From assembly GCA_964247055.1 (NCBI GenBank), contig OZ176050.1, positions 7,626,001-7,690,000 on the forward strand: DNA of 64,000 bases. The letters are read 5' to 3'. Each line of letters starts with the position of its first letter. Position 1 is the first letter of the stretch. Positions 13,660 to 26,700 of this stretch are shown in pieces. The DNA is from Paragordius varius (lineage: Eukaryota; Animalia; Nematomorpha). The position numbers and the translations under genes are program-made. Below the pieces are notes generated by a model. It searched no databases, had not been told where the DNA came from, and was given only the letters and a program-made list of their open reading frames with translations.

Positions 13660-13990
13660 ATATTTCTCGTCAAACGTTAGGGTGCAAGTAAAAAATATAA
13701 AAAGCACGAGCCATTTAAAATTGAAATATTGTAAAAAATATTTTTAGTATTGGGCCAAATTTATAGCCTTTTAGGCGCATAATCAAAAATATTTTTTTAG
13801 AATATGCAAAACTGTAACAAAATCTTCCTGTCAAATTTTTCGCCGCCATTTTTGTTTTTTGATAATCATCAAGCAATTGTATATTATGGTTTAAAATGTA
13901 AGTAATTAAATTTAAAAAGCTTTTATTTTACAACCTACCATCAAACTTTCTAAATTTATAGATATCAACTTACTTTAATCGTGTTTTGGA
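13660..13990. repeat. Unclassified dispersed repeat, copy 2
   Basis: Colinear similarity with 6660-6960. Confidence 0.6.
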
Positions 13991-15929
13991 GTTATATAGC
14001 TCGGAAATAGAAATAAAAAATTGTAAATCTTATATCTAATCTAGGGGTGTTCAACACGCAACCACAACAACTTATAAGAGATTGTTTGATGATTGAATTT
14101 TATTAGCCTATAAATGTTAGATTTAATCATATAAAAGGACAAAAATTGATTTAAATATCAGAGTTAATGAATGTCAACTGGAATTTATGATGTAAAAAAA
14201 CAAATAAATAAACATTATTATAAATGGAAATCACTTATCACTAGCAAAACACACTAATAAATTAAAAAATGCTTTATAAAATTGTATTAACAGGATAAAT
14301 ATGCATTCGGTTAAATTAAGTTAGAATACATATATATATATATACTTTATATTTAATATAATACAATAAAATTAAACTATTAGCACAAATATTTAGGAGT
14401 CGATAAGATTTTATTTTACCTGTAAAATGCCAAATATATCTTCATTTTATTTTAATGTCTCTTATATAAAACTTATATTTATCGCTAGAAGTCAACCCGA
14501 CCCCCGACGCAAATAGACGGCTGTCACTGAATTACCATTGACTGGTGTATGAAATGGCAGCAAGGGACGTCTTTTGTGGACAGTGGCGACGTGGGTCTGC
14601 TACACCCTTTTCTTGATACACCTTGATACAGTAGTTTTTTTACGACGTTAGCTTCGGGTATAAAATTAACCCAAAATGTTATTGATATATAAACATGAAA
14701 ATGAAATAAGTGTTTTTATAGACGAAATTTTTACATTTAATATAAATAATACATAATAATCACACAATAATTAAATATTTTAATGGATTACCAATATAAA
14801 GACCTTTTATTTTTTGGGACCGCCGAAAATGTTTGAAGAGCTTTTGAGACTATTTATTGAAAAATTTAATCATTAATAATTAAAAATCAGCAGAATCCCA
14901 AACACTCTTTTAATTATATATCTAAAATAATATTGGCGCTATTTCATATATTTTGTTAAATGTGTTTTTTATTATTACAATGATAAAAATTTAGCGATTT
15001 CGCATCATACCAAAAAAGTTATAAGCAAAAATATCAAAAATCAGCTGTTTTTGATTAGTTTTTTCTAAGCGTTTGACTTCCAATTTTTATATGTAAAATT
15101 GTTTCAGTAATGGCTAATAAGTTTGCTTCAATATATATCTTCCTCACATTCATATAATGCATAAAAAGGGGCATTATTTAATAATGTGATACGTTTCTCT
15201 AATTATTTTTATTTAATTATTGAAAAGAGTAGTTATACTGATGACATTTTCGAAAATACTACCTTAATTATTACGATATTAAAAAATTCAGGAACTTTAG
15301 AGAGCTTTTATTTTTCCCTAACGATTTCTGCTGATAACTATAATTTTTGCCATACGTTTTTACGGAAACGGAGTGTAACACAGGGGCAATTAAAAAAACC
15401 AATTTTTTGTGTGTATTTATACTAAAATAAGTATGACCATTATTATAATGGGCTCACACTGATAATTGCTACAAACAATCTGTTCAATTATAATTCAAAT
15501 ATATGGATTATGTATAGTGAAAAAGACTAAAAACACTTTAAAAATTAGCTTCTCGAGAACTAGTATATTTTCAAATATCAAGAGTTTTTGAGGAATCTTG
15601 GCTAACGATTGAAACTACTTATATTTACCACAGACGGTATTTTTAAACTTAAATTGCGATTATTTTTTGCTAGGCGGGGTAAGCATAGGCTTATATATAA
15701 AAAAGTGGGATGATGATAGGTTCAATGCAAAAATAAATTATAATTAAATATAATAGGGCCTGAATAATGTGTTTATTTGGGATATCTAATAACAAATGAT
15801 GGTAAATCTTAGCAAGGAAATTCAGCGAAAAATTAAAATAGCGCGTTCCTAACTCCTTAATGATGAGAAATTGGAGATTCCACACAGCATAATTCTAAAA
15901 ACGAAATAAGGATTGATTGATAGTCAAAT

Positions 15930-16330
15930 TATACCAATAATCATGTATAGTTACCATGCATGGACCATACTATCTGCAGGTAAATAGTTGGGGTTTTTGG
16001 AAAATAGATATGGAGGAATAGAAAAAAAGTGGTCCGATAAAAGTAACAACAAAGTACTGATTGCAATGATACCAGATGAAAGGGGACAGAACACCTAGAA
16101 AAAATGGTCTTTTTTGGGAATGGTATAAGAGCGAATGGATGATTTTTTACCTGCAACTGTCGAAAATAAACGACCAAAGGGTGGCTCAAGAATTAAATGG
16201 ATGGAAGTTATGAAGCTATGTAACCTCAACTTAAAAAACCTGAAAGAATTGGCCGACAACCGCAGTCAATGGGGATGATTATATAAGGAATGGTTTAAGA
16301 ATTTCACATCGAATTAACGGATATCAGTCA
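15930..16330 (+). mobile_element. Degenerate 3' fragment of an RTE-like LINE
   Basis: Translates piecewise as YSYHAWT.., RPKGGSRIKWMEV and LKELADNRSQW, matching the C-terminal pattern of the LINE at 32-35 kb. Confidence 0.55.
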
Positions 16331-17482
16331 ATAGGGGGGCAATTCAAAAATGTGGCTACGGCGGCGCATTTAAAAAAATTATATAAATATCTATTGATTA
16401 TCAGTCAGCTCATATCATTTCTGCAAACTGGTGCTTTACCATTTTTACATAAACATAATAAAAACATTGACAAATTTTAACTGGCTAAATATTTTTCCGT
16501 ACATATATTTATTACTATTAATATTATGAATATTTATGCATGTCTTGTACATATTTTAATATATGCGTTTTCAACAACCCTCTAGGGGCTTTTTTATATT
16601 TCGACTATTTAAGTATATGATCCACAAAATCATATGTATTTAATATTATGCAAAAAATATCAAATTAGTTTGAGATAAAATAAATATATTTCATACGTTA
16701 CGCATATATATTAGACCAAGTGGAATTAATCCTTTCATTTGTATTATTATTATTATTGTTATTATCAATAAATCCATAAATACACACATCTTTTAATTTT
16801 GTTTCCATATTTGCCAAAATGAAAAACTAATTTCACATCCTTTTATCACATAAAGTGTCTAGGTATTGAGAATTCCTGAAAAGGTTATAATATTTATTGT
16901 ATTATATATATTATAAATTCTTCAATTTAAATTTTATAAAAATTTATTTTAAATTTTGGGTAAATGCCTTCGGGTATTAATTAAATTATAAAATTATCAT
17001 TACATTTACTGCCAAATTTCAAAGGAATTAGACATACTGATAAATAGAACAATCAACTAGAGTTTTTAACACAATTTTTATGTACTTTTTTAAATGTCAT
17101 AAACAATAAGCCCAAAATAATTGTATTTCATCCAAAGTTATAAATAGTAATTGAAGATAAAACAGTCTTTTAGATATTTTCACACGAATAAATACCCGTG
17201 AATGGATTGTTAGATGGCTATGATTTTAATCTATCGCTAAATTTTATTAAGAACATTTAACTTGGCAAATCAATGAAAGCGGTATTTATGCTTTAAAGCA
17301 GTAATATTCCAAATTATTACTTTAATTAACTAAAATGGCTTTTTTTCATTTGGTATTTTTCACAAATTTAAATTTTCCTTAAATTTTTTTAGCATAATTT
17401 ATTAATTTTGCCGATATATTGTATAAATGAAAAATTTGATCACAGACAATAATTTTTATTAAACCGTATAGTTATAATAGAA

Positions 17483-17711
17483 CAGGGGTGTTCGCCAAAA
17501 ATTTGGAATTCCAAAATTTGCAAAAATATGCTCATAAAGTATTGTTCAAATGATAATTTTTTAATAATTATTCAAAATAAGTCAATAGCAATGAATGCGT
17601 TTTGCAATCTTATATTTAAAATCTAAATAATTTATCTCTGCCCATAATGTGACTCGCCATTCTTTGAGTTAATAATGCGGCCTGCGAAGTTATTTGTCTT
17701 GAACACCGCAC
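17483..17711. mobile_element. Degenerate hAT-type MITE
   Basis: Begins CAGGGGTGTTC, ends GCGGCCTGCG...TTGAACACC; no clean TSD. Confidence 0.45.
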
Positions 17712-20066
17712 TCTAACCTTTAAAACTTTGTTAAGTTTTCAGTATCATTAAAGATTTCCGATATAGTATGTCTATATGACCAAATTCTAAAAATCTATCC
17801 CCCAATACTTAAATCAATATGTAATAAAATCTGTAATATATAAATGAATATCTACAAAATATAACTTGAAATGAATATTTTGATATTCTCAGTGGTTAAA
17901 AATTAATTTTTTTTTCTTGATAAGCTGTAAGGTGTAAATGCCGCCAAAAAATCAATATTACATATCTCATTTATTTTTACTACATTGTATCTTTGATGAA
18001 TTTTAACATAATTTTCGGATTGTTTTTGTATAAATTACTCTTCGCGTATACAAAAAGTGGTATATGTAAAACAGAATGTAAGGTATACTAAATTGTCGAT
18101 TTGTTAACAATTTTAAACAAATTTTATTATTATTTTCAGTTTTTTATAGACGGATATGTATACGGGTGTAAATTTTTTTGCTAAAATAAAAACGTTATCT
18201 ACATATTAATAAAAACCTAGAAATTGGCTTTTAGATATAATTTTCTGAACGTATAGGTTTAAAATTCATTAACATTTTTTTCCTTTTTTCTGAATATGCC
18301 ATATCGGCCTTTTTTGAAAAACCTTCGCAATTAACCCCCTTTCCCGTAAAGGGACATTTTTTAAAACTGTCTCATTCTCGCCCAAGTTATGAGACTAGAT
18401 AAAATCAATATTAGTTTTATATACTCCCTGTATAAAGACAGAAATTTTAGCCCGATGCTTTTTTATATTTAGTAGGGATACATTCTTAGTCAAAGGCCAT
18501 ATTGAAATAACGTGGCTTCAAAGCTAATTTTCATTCATGAGATATTATATAAAATCATTGATTATTAGTATTCGTGCATAAAAGCAAGTATTTCAGTTGC
18601 GCTATTTTATAAGAATATGGATATTATTTATAGATATGCAATATAATTACTATGAGAGAAGTAAAATGTCCAAAAGATGAGTTGTTAAATAGATAATACA
18701 AAAGTTTTCATTTTTTAAAAAAAATATAAGTTTGGATATGGAACAGGCAGGTTTACTCGATGATCGGGACAGCGGTTCGGTTTCGAAAAGTAAGGGAGGT
18801 TCGTTTTTTACAAAAACAGGGGGAATGTTAAGAAAATGGAAATAGAAAACGGTTTTAACGATCGAAAAAGGTTCCTGCTTAGTTCTAGGTTTTTCCAGTT
18901 CCAGTTTTAAAACTTATTTTTAACTATTCCATTACTTTGGTTTTTATTTAAATCTAGTCATTGAGTAAAATATAACTATAGACAACTTAAGTTACCTATA
19001 TTTGGGTATAATAAGCTTGATGTCCTTATTTGTTACAAATATAAGTTGGTCCATTAGTGAACAAATTCTTCCAAGAGTTAACAAAAATAATCTCTTATTG
19101 TGTTTTTAATATTGATATTGGATATTTTACTAAGACGTAAGTTAGTTAATACTAATTTAATACTAATTAAAAATTTATAAACTAAAAGATCTAAATGGAT
19201 ATAATAGTTTAAATGTTTTTATGGAGAGCGTTTGAGAGTTAAAAATTCCGCCCGCCTATATGTAATTTGAGAAATAATTGGTCATATAAATAATTTATTG
19301 TCTTTTAATTGAATTTTGATAACATTATGAATTACCAATTAGTATATCAATTTTGATATCTTCATTTAGTGGTTTCAAATTACCTTGCGATATTTTTTCA
19401 TAAGTTAATTGCTAATAAAAATTAATTTAATTAATAACTACTTATATAAAATCTTTTAAGTGTTTTGATCCTGTCCAAAAAATATTAATTTAATAAACCA
19501 TAATTATTTATGATTTATGTTTTACTTTTTACATAATATATATAAATAGGCGAATTATATATATATATGGCAATTTCATAAAAACTGTTTAAAAATATTT
19601 TTATATATTACGAGTTTCCAATTTTTTTTTACCAAATTAATATCTTTTTTAAATTCAAGATTTTCCAAAAATTTCTATGTAATTCATGATTTTAATCTGG
19701 TTAATTTCAAAATTTTACGGTAAAATGCATTTTTTTTATTATTTTAATTTAAGAAAGCAATTTATCGATTAATTAAATTAGATTTTTTACATACATTATC
19801 ATCTATACTTCTATTTTGTACATATATTATGGAAGGTCCTTTTATTTTCATTAATGTGTTACCAAAGTCCTTATTTGCTCACATTTCTTTATTAAGTTAA
19901 TAATTTTCTAAACCTAACTATTATATATGAATTCCATAAATAAACTAATTATATGCTCTATGTAAATTTTTCATCAGGATAAAGTTAACCATACACAAAG
20001 TTAACTACAAAAGGTCAACCAAACAAACTCTTGAAAAGAGAAGAAAAACGAATAGATTAGAACAAC

Positions 20067-20241
20067 ATGTTAATCAATATTCCGGGTATTGCAGGGATTG
20101 TAGTTTTCTACATTATCATTTTGGCTGTCGGGATTTGGGCCGGGAGAAAATCACAAAAGGATGGAATAAGTCCGGACAGTGAAGAACTAATGTTAGCGGG
20201 TCGAAACATTGGTTTATTGGTTGGTATTTTCACCATGACAG
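20067..20241 (+). CDS. SLC5A7: ChT coding exon 1
   Basis: ATG at 20067; donor G|GTATGG, phase 1. Confidence 0.92.
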
Positions 20242-20749
20242 GTATGGGCCCATTTGTTTATTTATTTAAATTTTTCTAATTTGACTGAAATTTAATCAAC
20301 TAATCTCAAATGATTTATGGTCATTTAATAAGTAAATACAATTTTTTACACTGATTAATTCGTTTTTTTGATTTAAAACTAATCTATTACACACACAATC
20401 CTATCTAGTTCAATCATTTTAATTTTATTGTGTATGTGTGAAACAATTTAATCCAATTACATTACTAACATGAAATAAATAGTTTTTCAACAGGATTATG
20501 TTTAAATGAACCAAATTGCACAATTTATAAATGTAATATATCATAGAGACGAAAAATGCCTTATATACGAATATTGTATTATTAGCTACATGGGTTGGTG
20601 GTGGCTACATCAATGGAACGGCCGAAATCGTGTACGCTGCAGGAATAGTAATGTGTCAAGCACCTTTTGGATATGCTCTGAGTCTTATATTAGGTCAGTC
20701 ATTTATAATATATAAATTCTATCGCCTTCCTTATATATATATATATATA

Positions 20750-20798
<49 letters not shown>

Positions 20799-23700
20799 TT
20801 ATTCAAGAGCTCTTTCTTAATTTGTTTAATAGTCAAGATTGTGAGCTTTTAACACATATTAATTTATTCAAACATCCAATCTTAGTGTTTCAACAAAACT
20901 TTACTTTTTTTAAACTTAAAATCTGCCTCATTATATCTTCACAATGGAGAGACTTTTATGACTGTTTTTTAAGTCGAAAGGAGCAAAATTTTGAAATATA
21001 TGACAATTTTAATAAAACCATAAAAAAATATTCCAGATTAATAAAAAAAGATTTCTGGATCATCTTAATGAGTGCGATACCATAAAAACTTTATATAGCT
21101 TACGGTCTGGCACCTTTTTGAGAGATATTATAAAAATTAATAAAAATTCAAAAATTTGTGTTTTCATATATAAGATGTAACAATCCTTCAAAAAATTTTT
21201 TATTTTCGAATTACTTATGCATACCTCATTTTTACACATAGAGTAATGTATGGCATAAATTTGTCCAAAAATTAATATACCAAATGAATGTTAAAGCATA
21301 GAAGAAATTGTTTAATTTTAACCATTTGTTGTTTGTTCTTATACGCTATTGTATGGTTAATATACGTTTTTTTGTAACTTTTAAAACAATTCATTCTTAT
21401 AATATTTTTATGGATGGTACATAAATTGGTATTAACATTAATTCATCAAAACTCAAAACGGCCATATATATAAAATATTTAAGCGATGTTTATTTTGCAT
21501 TAATAAATTATTCAACAAAATTTATAAAACACACCTAAACAATTACGTATGTCTAATAAAATACTATATGATTTATATAAACCGGTATAATTTGTAATAT
21601 AATATAAATTATGAATAAAAGTAATAAATGAAAAAAATGTAAAACATAATTTATTCATTTGTAGAAATCAATCTTTTGGAGGTGACAAATTTTTTTATGC
21701 GCACATATTTTCGCAGAAATATATTTGAAATTAAAAAAATTGGGGTTTATGCCGAACCCCGGCTAGCTAAAATGCAATTAAAACCGTAATCCAATTATAA
21801 TGGTAATTAAACCTATCATACAAATATTAATTAAACTCATGATTTAAATAAATGTTTTAAATATATGTCGCCTAATAAAAATTTCAGTCAACTAATTTTT
21901 AATTAGTTATTGATGCACACTAATATATTTGATAAATATATTATTATAAGAATAATGCGGTGGGTTGTATAATAAACACTCTGGAATTAATCGAAACATT
22001 CTCTACAAGCGGTGGGATCAAACACAAGAGCTAAATGAAAATTCATAAATGTATATACAAAACCTTTAAAATAAATAGGCCATTTTTTTGGAAAACTTTT
22101 GCAGCTCTATAATTTTGGGCTTTAATACAAAAAGGGTTCAAGGAGCTTCTTAAAATTTGGACTGTAAAAAATGCAAAAACTTCTATTAAAGTCATAAATT
22201 TAGTATAAAATGCTAAAGCGTTCGTATATAATAGAATTCGAAATGTAGCCCATATGTTTACCGTGCATGTGCTTCTAAGGTAGGTATTTACACCAAATAT
22301 ATTATCCAAAATTTACCAGTTATTTCAGGATTCATACTTGTCCCCAACCTATTAAATTTTTGTTTATTATCCATATCGATCAAAGTACATCTAAAGCTTT
22401 AATTTTACTTAATAGTAATTGTAGTGGCCTATGGTTATTCAACTACCCAATTGGCAGAAGTTTAATCAAAAATGTGTTTAATTGTATAATGGGTCTGCAT
22501 AAGATTTTAGCTATTCTTAAATAATATGGAATATGATTGATTTATTGATAATTACCACTGGTGGGAGATTTTTTATATATTTTTAAATAAAAATATATTT
22601 TATGTTTTAGAAAGCATTATTTTGATTTAAAAAATCCAAAAACGATTTTTAAAATAATAATTGATTATATACAATTTTAAGGCAGCTAATTCATCGATAT
22701 TTAAAAACATATGGTAATTAAAAATAGATATTCCGAATAGTTGCAAAAATATAAATTTTATCGTATTAATTAATCTCATGTAATCAGTGTGATTCCGGTA
22801 CACTTCATCGTTATGATCTAACTATTTAAAATTTACTCTTCCCATTTTAATCATAGCTTTTTAACAATTACATCCACATTTTTTGTAAAGTTTTTCTTGC
22901 CATATATTACCACAAAGAGGTTTATTTTTTTCTAATTTATGACATTACCTTAATTTAACAAACCGTTATAAATAGATTTTAAACATGCTAAAAAACTTTG
23001 CATGACACACAGTATGGTTGATTTTTGGATTATCCAATAAAAATGTTAACATGAAATTGATTAAACCGTTCCATTTGAAACTTCCTAGTTTTCCTTTGTT
23101 CTTGCCTAGCAAAACATTTTTAGTAACTTTTGTGTCATAATAATTGAATGTATTGCTTGGTGTAGCTGACCTTTTTATATGATTGTTTATTTGCGTTATG
23201 TTACAAATTCATGCGTCCTATATTTATTATAAAACTTCCCGGGAGAATTCCTTTGATAATCAATATTGTACATGTTATGAATAATTCGTATTTGGATAAA
23301 ATGCGAAAAAACAAATTTTTATTGGCTTTTGATAGAATGATAATATTTTGAATATATATATAGCTATAATATCAAAATGTTTTTTCTAATCAGATATGTA
23401 CACAAATATTATATATGTAGACAACGATGTTCCTAAAAATTAGTATTAGTTATAAAGAAAAACCTTTGATTCTGTATAACCATGAAAAACTAAGGAGTCA
23501 ATACGAATTAAGGTGTTACAGAGAGTGGAAGTTGTTTTATGGCTCGAAAAAATAACTTGTACTTTATAGAGAACAAACCTGTTGATATTGGCACTCTATT
23601 AAGACTATTTCTTAATTCAATTTTACTTACACTTACATTTGGTAAAAAGGGTGAAAAAACAACTCTTAATCGCTATGTTTTGTAAAACATATTCTAGGTG

Positions 23701-26700
23701 GCTTGTTTTTTGCCAAGAAAATGCGAAACGAAGGATACGTTACCATGTTGGATCCCTTACAAAAAAAATTTGGGGCACGTATGGGCGGACTCTTATTTTT
23801 ACCAGCTCTCATGGGTGAAGTCTTTTGGTCGGCCGCTATTCTTTCCGCTTTGGGTGCTACTATAAGCGTTATAGTTAACGTGGATAACACTACCTCTATT
23901 ATCGTTTCCTCAGCCATAGCTATTGTTTATACGCTTTTTGGGGGTCTGTATGCCGTAGCCTATACCGATGTGGTTCAACTCTTTTGTATCTTCATTGGAT
24001 TGGTATGTAGCCTAAATTATTTGAAACAATTCAAATGTATTTATTGAATAAGCTCAATTCAAGGTATTCCAAATATAATTATAATAGCGGTTTTATTCAA
24101 ATAAACCAATATGTAACAGAAAAAATTTGCTAAACTAACGACAATTATACAAAATTTTAAAATCAAGAATATTTTTAATATAAGCATTCTTAACCGAATT
24201 GCCCATAAATATTTTTAGTAACTTTTTTAAAATAATAAAATGTTAAGTGCACGATTAAATTTATAAAATTTCTGGCAATTGTTGCTTAATGTTTTAAATG
24301 TTTACTTATAGTTTTAGGAACAAACCAGACAGGAATATCCACCTATGTCTGGTTGTGTTTGTGCCTATAAAAAATATTTATTATTTACGTAGTTATATAA
24401 TAATGGGAATATGCAACAGCATATGAAATAAAAAAAGTTTGGCCATAATTAAATATACAAAATTAATGTTGTTACATAAGAAAAAACTTGTTTAATTTCA
24501 ACCGTTTGTTAGTTTTATACGCTATTGTATATTTTTTAGTGGATATGTGTGCCATTTGCTTGGAAAAATCCGGCTGTGGGAAATTTAGCATCAACCAAAA
24601 GTCATTGGATAGGTAAGATAGAGCCTCAGCTATGGGGACAATACATGGATGCTTATCTTTTATTAATATTTGGAGGAATACCTTGGCAGGTAGCAACGGA
24701 TATACATATATTTGACCGTGATAATAATTAAATATTTTGGTGAAAAATTAAAATGTTAAATTATATAAATGTATCTCAATCCAACGTTTTTTTGAGAAAT
24801 ATTAATTTATACTAATAAAATATGAACACATATAAGTTTGGTGGATAAAAAATTTAAATTTCTGATAGATTCTATTTAAAACATAACCCAGGAAATGTTT
24901 CTCAATCCAAGCATTCCGAAATTTAAAATCTAATTTTTGACCCTAAATTTGCGCTTTTTCTTAAAATTAAATCTAAAAAAAGAATAACTAATTTCGCTTA
25001 TGCTGTTTTTCGCATTATCATTGTAAATTATAGTTTTCGATTTTTAGGCTTATCTTAAGATTTAAGGACATATAAAAAGTAAGTATCTAAATGGTGAAAA
25101 TTTAGGTTTTTCACTCTTAAATTATAATGATTCCAAATAAAATTTATATTTAATCATTTTAAAAATTACTATATATAACATTTCATATATTTTACCTAAT
25201 TATAATTAATCGCTTCTCTTCATAATAATTTAAATTTGTGCTTACAAGTATCCACGCATTTTGTTTTTTTGTATTTTAAACTTTGGCAATATTACCTTTA
25301 ATTTTGGCATCTTGAAACCTTATAGCATTAAATTTTTTTAAAAAAAATAATTTGTCTTGGTGTAAAAACAGGGTTGAAATTATTAATCACCTAATGTATA
25401 TAAAATATAATTTAATTAGGTCTATTTTCAACGTGTTCTCTCCGCACGGTCGGCTTACAAAGCTCAAATGCTTTCATATGTGGCTGCATTTGGTTGTTTT
25501 ATCATGGCAGTACCATCAGTTATTATTGGGATTATTGGATATAATACAAGTATACGATTGTTCTATCGTATAAATCCTTTTTTTTAAAAAAAACATAAAA
25601 GATATTTCATGTTTTGAACTTATTATTAAGCAAAAGCATAAAATAAAATAAATACTAATATTAAAATTCAGTGATAAAATTATATCTTTATACAATTTCT
25701 CAAATTTACCTTAAATAGTTAAATTGTAGTTTTATTTTGTTAATATTTTTACATATCGGAAAATATCTTGGTTAAATGCCATCAATACTAAATTAACAAC
25801 TTACAAACTCTTAAATCAATTTACAATAACTAATAAGCATTAAGAAAAATATTCGGGGTCTGTTTGCATGTTTTGGGAAACCTACATTTTCAGATAGAAT
25901 GAATGATTGATTAAAATATAAAAAATTTTAAGATTCAAACGTGATTCGAGGGGAATAAATGTCAAACCCGAAATGCGCCGAACATCTGATCATAACGTTT
26001 GACCCTAAAATATTTTTCGACCTTTGAAAGCTTATCATTCATTCTGAAAATTTGAGTTTGCCTAAAATGCAAAAACTGACCATAAATTTTGACACACTAG
26101 TGGTATATAAATTTATACATAATAAAATATAAATAATCGGTGGCAGGCTCTAATGTTTTATCTTGTTGTATTCGGATGGGTAACCCAACATGCATACTTG
26201 CATACTTTGTTGTCCCTTTTTTTATTTAAATAAATGTTGTATCATTATATTGTAACTAGATTGGAAAGAAACTAAATATAATGGCACTTTACCCATTCCG
26301 CCAGAAAATGAAAAGTTGATACTACCACTAGTCTTGCAATATCTGACGCCTCCTTGGGTAACATTTATTGGTCTTGGTGCCGTTTCAGCGGCTGTTATGT
26401 CTTCTTCAGATTCATCCATTCTAGGAGCTGCGTCCATGTTTGCCAGAAATATCTATAAACTTTTGATTAGACAAAAGGTTAGTATACATATTACTATACC
26501 CATCTAGAATTTTAAAATATTAGAATTATAATAATTTATTTAAAAATAGGCGAGTGATCGAGAAATTATATGGGTTATGAGGATCTCAATCATAGGTGTT
26601 GGTGCGTTAGCCACCATCCTGGCCATCTCCATTACAACTATATATGGGCTTTGGTATTTGTGTGCTGATCTAGTCTATGTTATACTATTTCCACAACTAC

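Noticed and set aside
20630-21085. 151-aa ORF containing an (IY)n run
   Set aside because: Read-through from ChT exon 2 into an intronic (TA)n microsatellite
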